A DNA stretch of 57,611 nucleotides, taken from a virus. Lineage: Duplodnaviria; Caudoviricetes. The notes beneath the pieces were generated by a model that saw nothing but the letters and a program-made list of their open reading frames with translations, did no database searches and was not told the DNA's origin. A program made the position numbers and the translations under genes. The DNA lies in the IMG/VR virus record IMGVR_UViG_3300033407_000017, positions 1-57,611 of that record; one strand, 5' to 3'. This document shows positions 55,902 through 57,611 of the stretch, one piece after another; position 1 is the first letter of the stretch; each line of letters opens with the position of its first letter.

Positions 55902-56095
55902 GCGCGGAGGCCGAGTTCACCACATACAGAATGGCCAACGGAGAGCACGTGTTCGACGAGTTCGCCTTCGTCACGAACCTCGAATGGCTCACAGACACCG
56001 AAGAGCCCGTGACGCTGATCAAGGAGACGTGGACTCTGCGTGACCGCGAGGAGATCGTCGTGATGCCCGCACCCGCCGATGGTGGCGCGCCGTGA
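55898..56095 (+). CDS. hypothetical protein
   Basis: GTGA-coupled. Confidence 0.55.
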   Translation: MSAEAEFTTYRMANGEHVFDEFAFVTNLEWLTDTEEPVTLIKETWTLRDREEIVVMPAPADGGAP

Positions 56096-56427
56096 GCGTG
56101 GAGTTGACACCCGAATCACACGAAACGCTCGGGGCGCGCCTGCGCGCTGCGCGTCTCGGGTTCCGCGCCCTACCCCGCGGTGGGGTGTACCTCAGGGTGG
56201 CAGACGAGGGCGCAGGATTCCGGCTGACGCTCGTCCCATTCGACGCGATGCGGAACTACCGGTCAAGGCCGCGTGCCGGATATCGGGTCTGGTGGCCTGA
56301 CATGACTGAGGAGTTGACAGCGTTGGTGGAGCGCCACTTGTGCGGCGGCGCGCGCCTCGTTCGCGTCCGCAGGCGTGTGTCTTTGCTGGTTGACAATGAC
56401 GGTGGACTCAGAGGGGGCGAGTCGTGA
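56092..56427 (+). CDS. hypothetical protein
   Basis: GTGA-coupled; starts MSVEL, ends GGES. Confidence 0.55.
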   Translation: MSVELTPESHETLGARLRAARLGFRALPRGGVYLRVADEGAGFRLTLVPFDAMRNYRSRPRAGYRVWWPDMTEELTALVERHLCGGARLVRVRRRVSLLVDNDGGLRGGES

Positions 56428-56627
56428 GCGTGGAGCTGGAAGCCGCACGCGTCTACCAGGCGCGTGTCCGTTCGCACAACGTGAACGAGATGGCGAGCGC
56501 CAGCCGGTGGGAGTGGTGGGTCATCCGGGGCGACGAGGTGCTGGCCCGAACTACGTCGCAGGAAGCGGCCCTCGAAGCGCTTCGCGTGTTGGAGGACTCA
56601 GAACACACAGAGGAGGAAACACGGTGA
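56424..56627 (+). CDS. hypothetical protein
   Basis: GTGA-coupled; starts MSVEL. Confidence 0.55.
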   Translation: MSVELEAARVYQARVRSHNVNEMASASRWEWWVIRGDEVLARTTSQEAALEALRVLEDSEHTEEETR

Positions 56628-56836
56628 GCGACGTGGTCGACCTGAGGGTGCGGACAGGGAACCCGGCCGCGCTCGACAAGACGATGCAGCAGTTGGGGGC
56701 CGCGTGCGTTGACGGTTCGTGGGACGGCGACACTGTGTTGGTTCGTTGCTTCGGCAACGCCGACTTCATCGACTTCGCTATCGCCAATCAAGGCTATGGC
56801 GAGGTCGTGGGCCGCGAGGGGGTGTGCGGTGAGTGA
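56624..56836 (+). CDS. hypothetical protein
   Basis: GTGA-coupled; GAGGAGG RBS. Confidence 0.55.
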   Translation: MSDVVDLRVRTGNPAALDKTMQQLGAACVDGSWDGDTVLVRCFGNADFIDFAIANQGYGEVVGREGVCGE

Positions 56837-57224
56837 GACAACACGCGACGGGGACTACATGAACGCAGAGAGCACACTGGAACAGAACCACCGCGAGGCC
56901 GTAGCCCTCATGGCACGGGCGTCCGGGGTGACTGTGGAAGAGGCGAGTGCTTCACTCGTTGCGTGGCGTCGCAACATCACACGAAATCTGGGGCCGAGCG
57001 AGAGAACAAGAGATGATATTCGTGAAAATAGAATGAAAGAGGTTGAGATGTCGAAACGAAAGATGTATTGGGGCGAGGTTATTGCAGCATTGTTTTGCTC
57101 GGTGATCTTTGGTATGAGCATCGGGTCATTGGCAGTAGAATCAACATGGGTGCGAGCATGGCCGCTGTTGGTCGCTGCTGTGTTTAGTCTTTTGTTCGTG
57201 CTCATCGCATTGATCCCAGAGTAG
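56829..57224 (+). CDS. hypothetical protein; may contain a separate 2-TM gene from ATG 57048
   Basis: GC-rich 5' half in frame with an AT-rich half that has its own GAGGT RBS. Confidence 0.45.
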   Translation: MSETTRDGDYMNAESTLEQNHREAVALMARASGVTVEEASASLVAWRRNITRNLGPSERTRDDIRENRMKEVEMSKRKMYWGEVIAALFCSVIFGMSIGSLAVESTWVRAWPLLVAAVFSLLFVLIALIPE

Positions 57225-57288
57225 AATCCTTCGTGAATCATAGAAGAAATAGGTTCAAAATTGAGCCTAGTTTGAGTGGGGAGACCCA

Positions 57289-57525
57289 ATGCCCACAAGA
57301 GAAAATAAGCGTAGATATACCCACTGGAGGATTCCTGGAGAAGAACGTACTCTATGTGGAAATGTTGTGACAGGAACTTTTGATCCAAGAAGACCTATCT
57401 GTTCTCATTGTGATCGACTTGCCGAAAAGTTTGGGCATCAACGTCCAAGTTTCGAGGATTACTTTATGAGTGAAAGTATAGAATCATTAGATTCTTTTTC
57501 AAGCGGAGGACAGAGTGCCAGTTAA
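57289..57525 (+). CDS. small Zn-binding protein
   Basis: TH......TLCG ... C..C. Confidence 0.6.
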   Translation: MPTRENKRRYTHWRIPGEERTLCGNVVTGTFDPRRPICSHCDRLAEKFGHQRPSFEDYFMSESIESLDSFSSGGQSAS

Positions 57526-57611
57526 AGATCCAGTGTTAATTCGTACTAGTGAACGAAAAGATTTCACCCGTTGTCGCCAAAGATGGGTGTGGGCATACGT
57601 TGACAGGTTGA
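57515..57611 (+). CDS. Cas4/RecB-like PD-(D/E)xK nuclease, N-terminal fragment
   Basis: GGAGGA RBS; MPVKDPVLIRTSERKDFTRCRQRWVWAYVDRL; runs off the window. Confidence 0.6.
   Translation, partial: MPVKDPVLIRTSERKDFTRCRQRWVWAYVDRL

Noticed and set aside
57515-57611. Cas4-like start as evidence of CRISPR-Cas
   Set aside because: Solo Cas4/RecB-like nucleases are common in phages; no array or other cas genes are present.
1-57611. Genome-wide stop-codon reassignment; integrase or repressor cassette
   Set aside because: Core genes are intact in code 11 and all three stops are used; no integrase is visible, so lifestyle cannot be called.

Overview
Partial genome of a tailed (siphovirus-like) phage of Actinomycetota, plausibly Acidimicrobiia (WhiB, Rpf-like lipoprotein, GYW..DGGVFAFG repeats). 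Both ends cut through genes. Three blocks: (1) 1-6.6 kb, + strand: HAD phosphatase, DUF1599-like, Rpf-like, DnaE, WhiB, ThyX. (2) 7.0-38.9 kb, - strand: HNH-like, TerS, FliA/WhiG-like sigma factor, TerL, portal, scaffold, decoration, capsid, fibre block, a 1391-aa MuF-zincin protein, neck and tail genes with a -1 frameshift, tape measure, tail tip, amidase and holin. (3) 39.1-57.6 kb, + strand: RuvC-like, many small early genes, SNF2 helicase and the start of a Cas4/RecB-like nuclease. The least explained signals are in the early region: three tandem-HTH paralogs with histone-H1-like tails, an 8-bp-periodic GAAC array, two related ~125-bp inverted-repeat elements bracketing the region, hairpin loops complementary to the phage's own RBS, and several large intergenic RNA structures. 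All family calls come from motif recognition by eye; no searches or folding programs were run.
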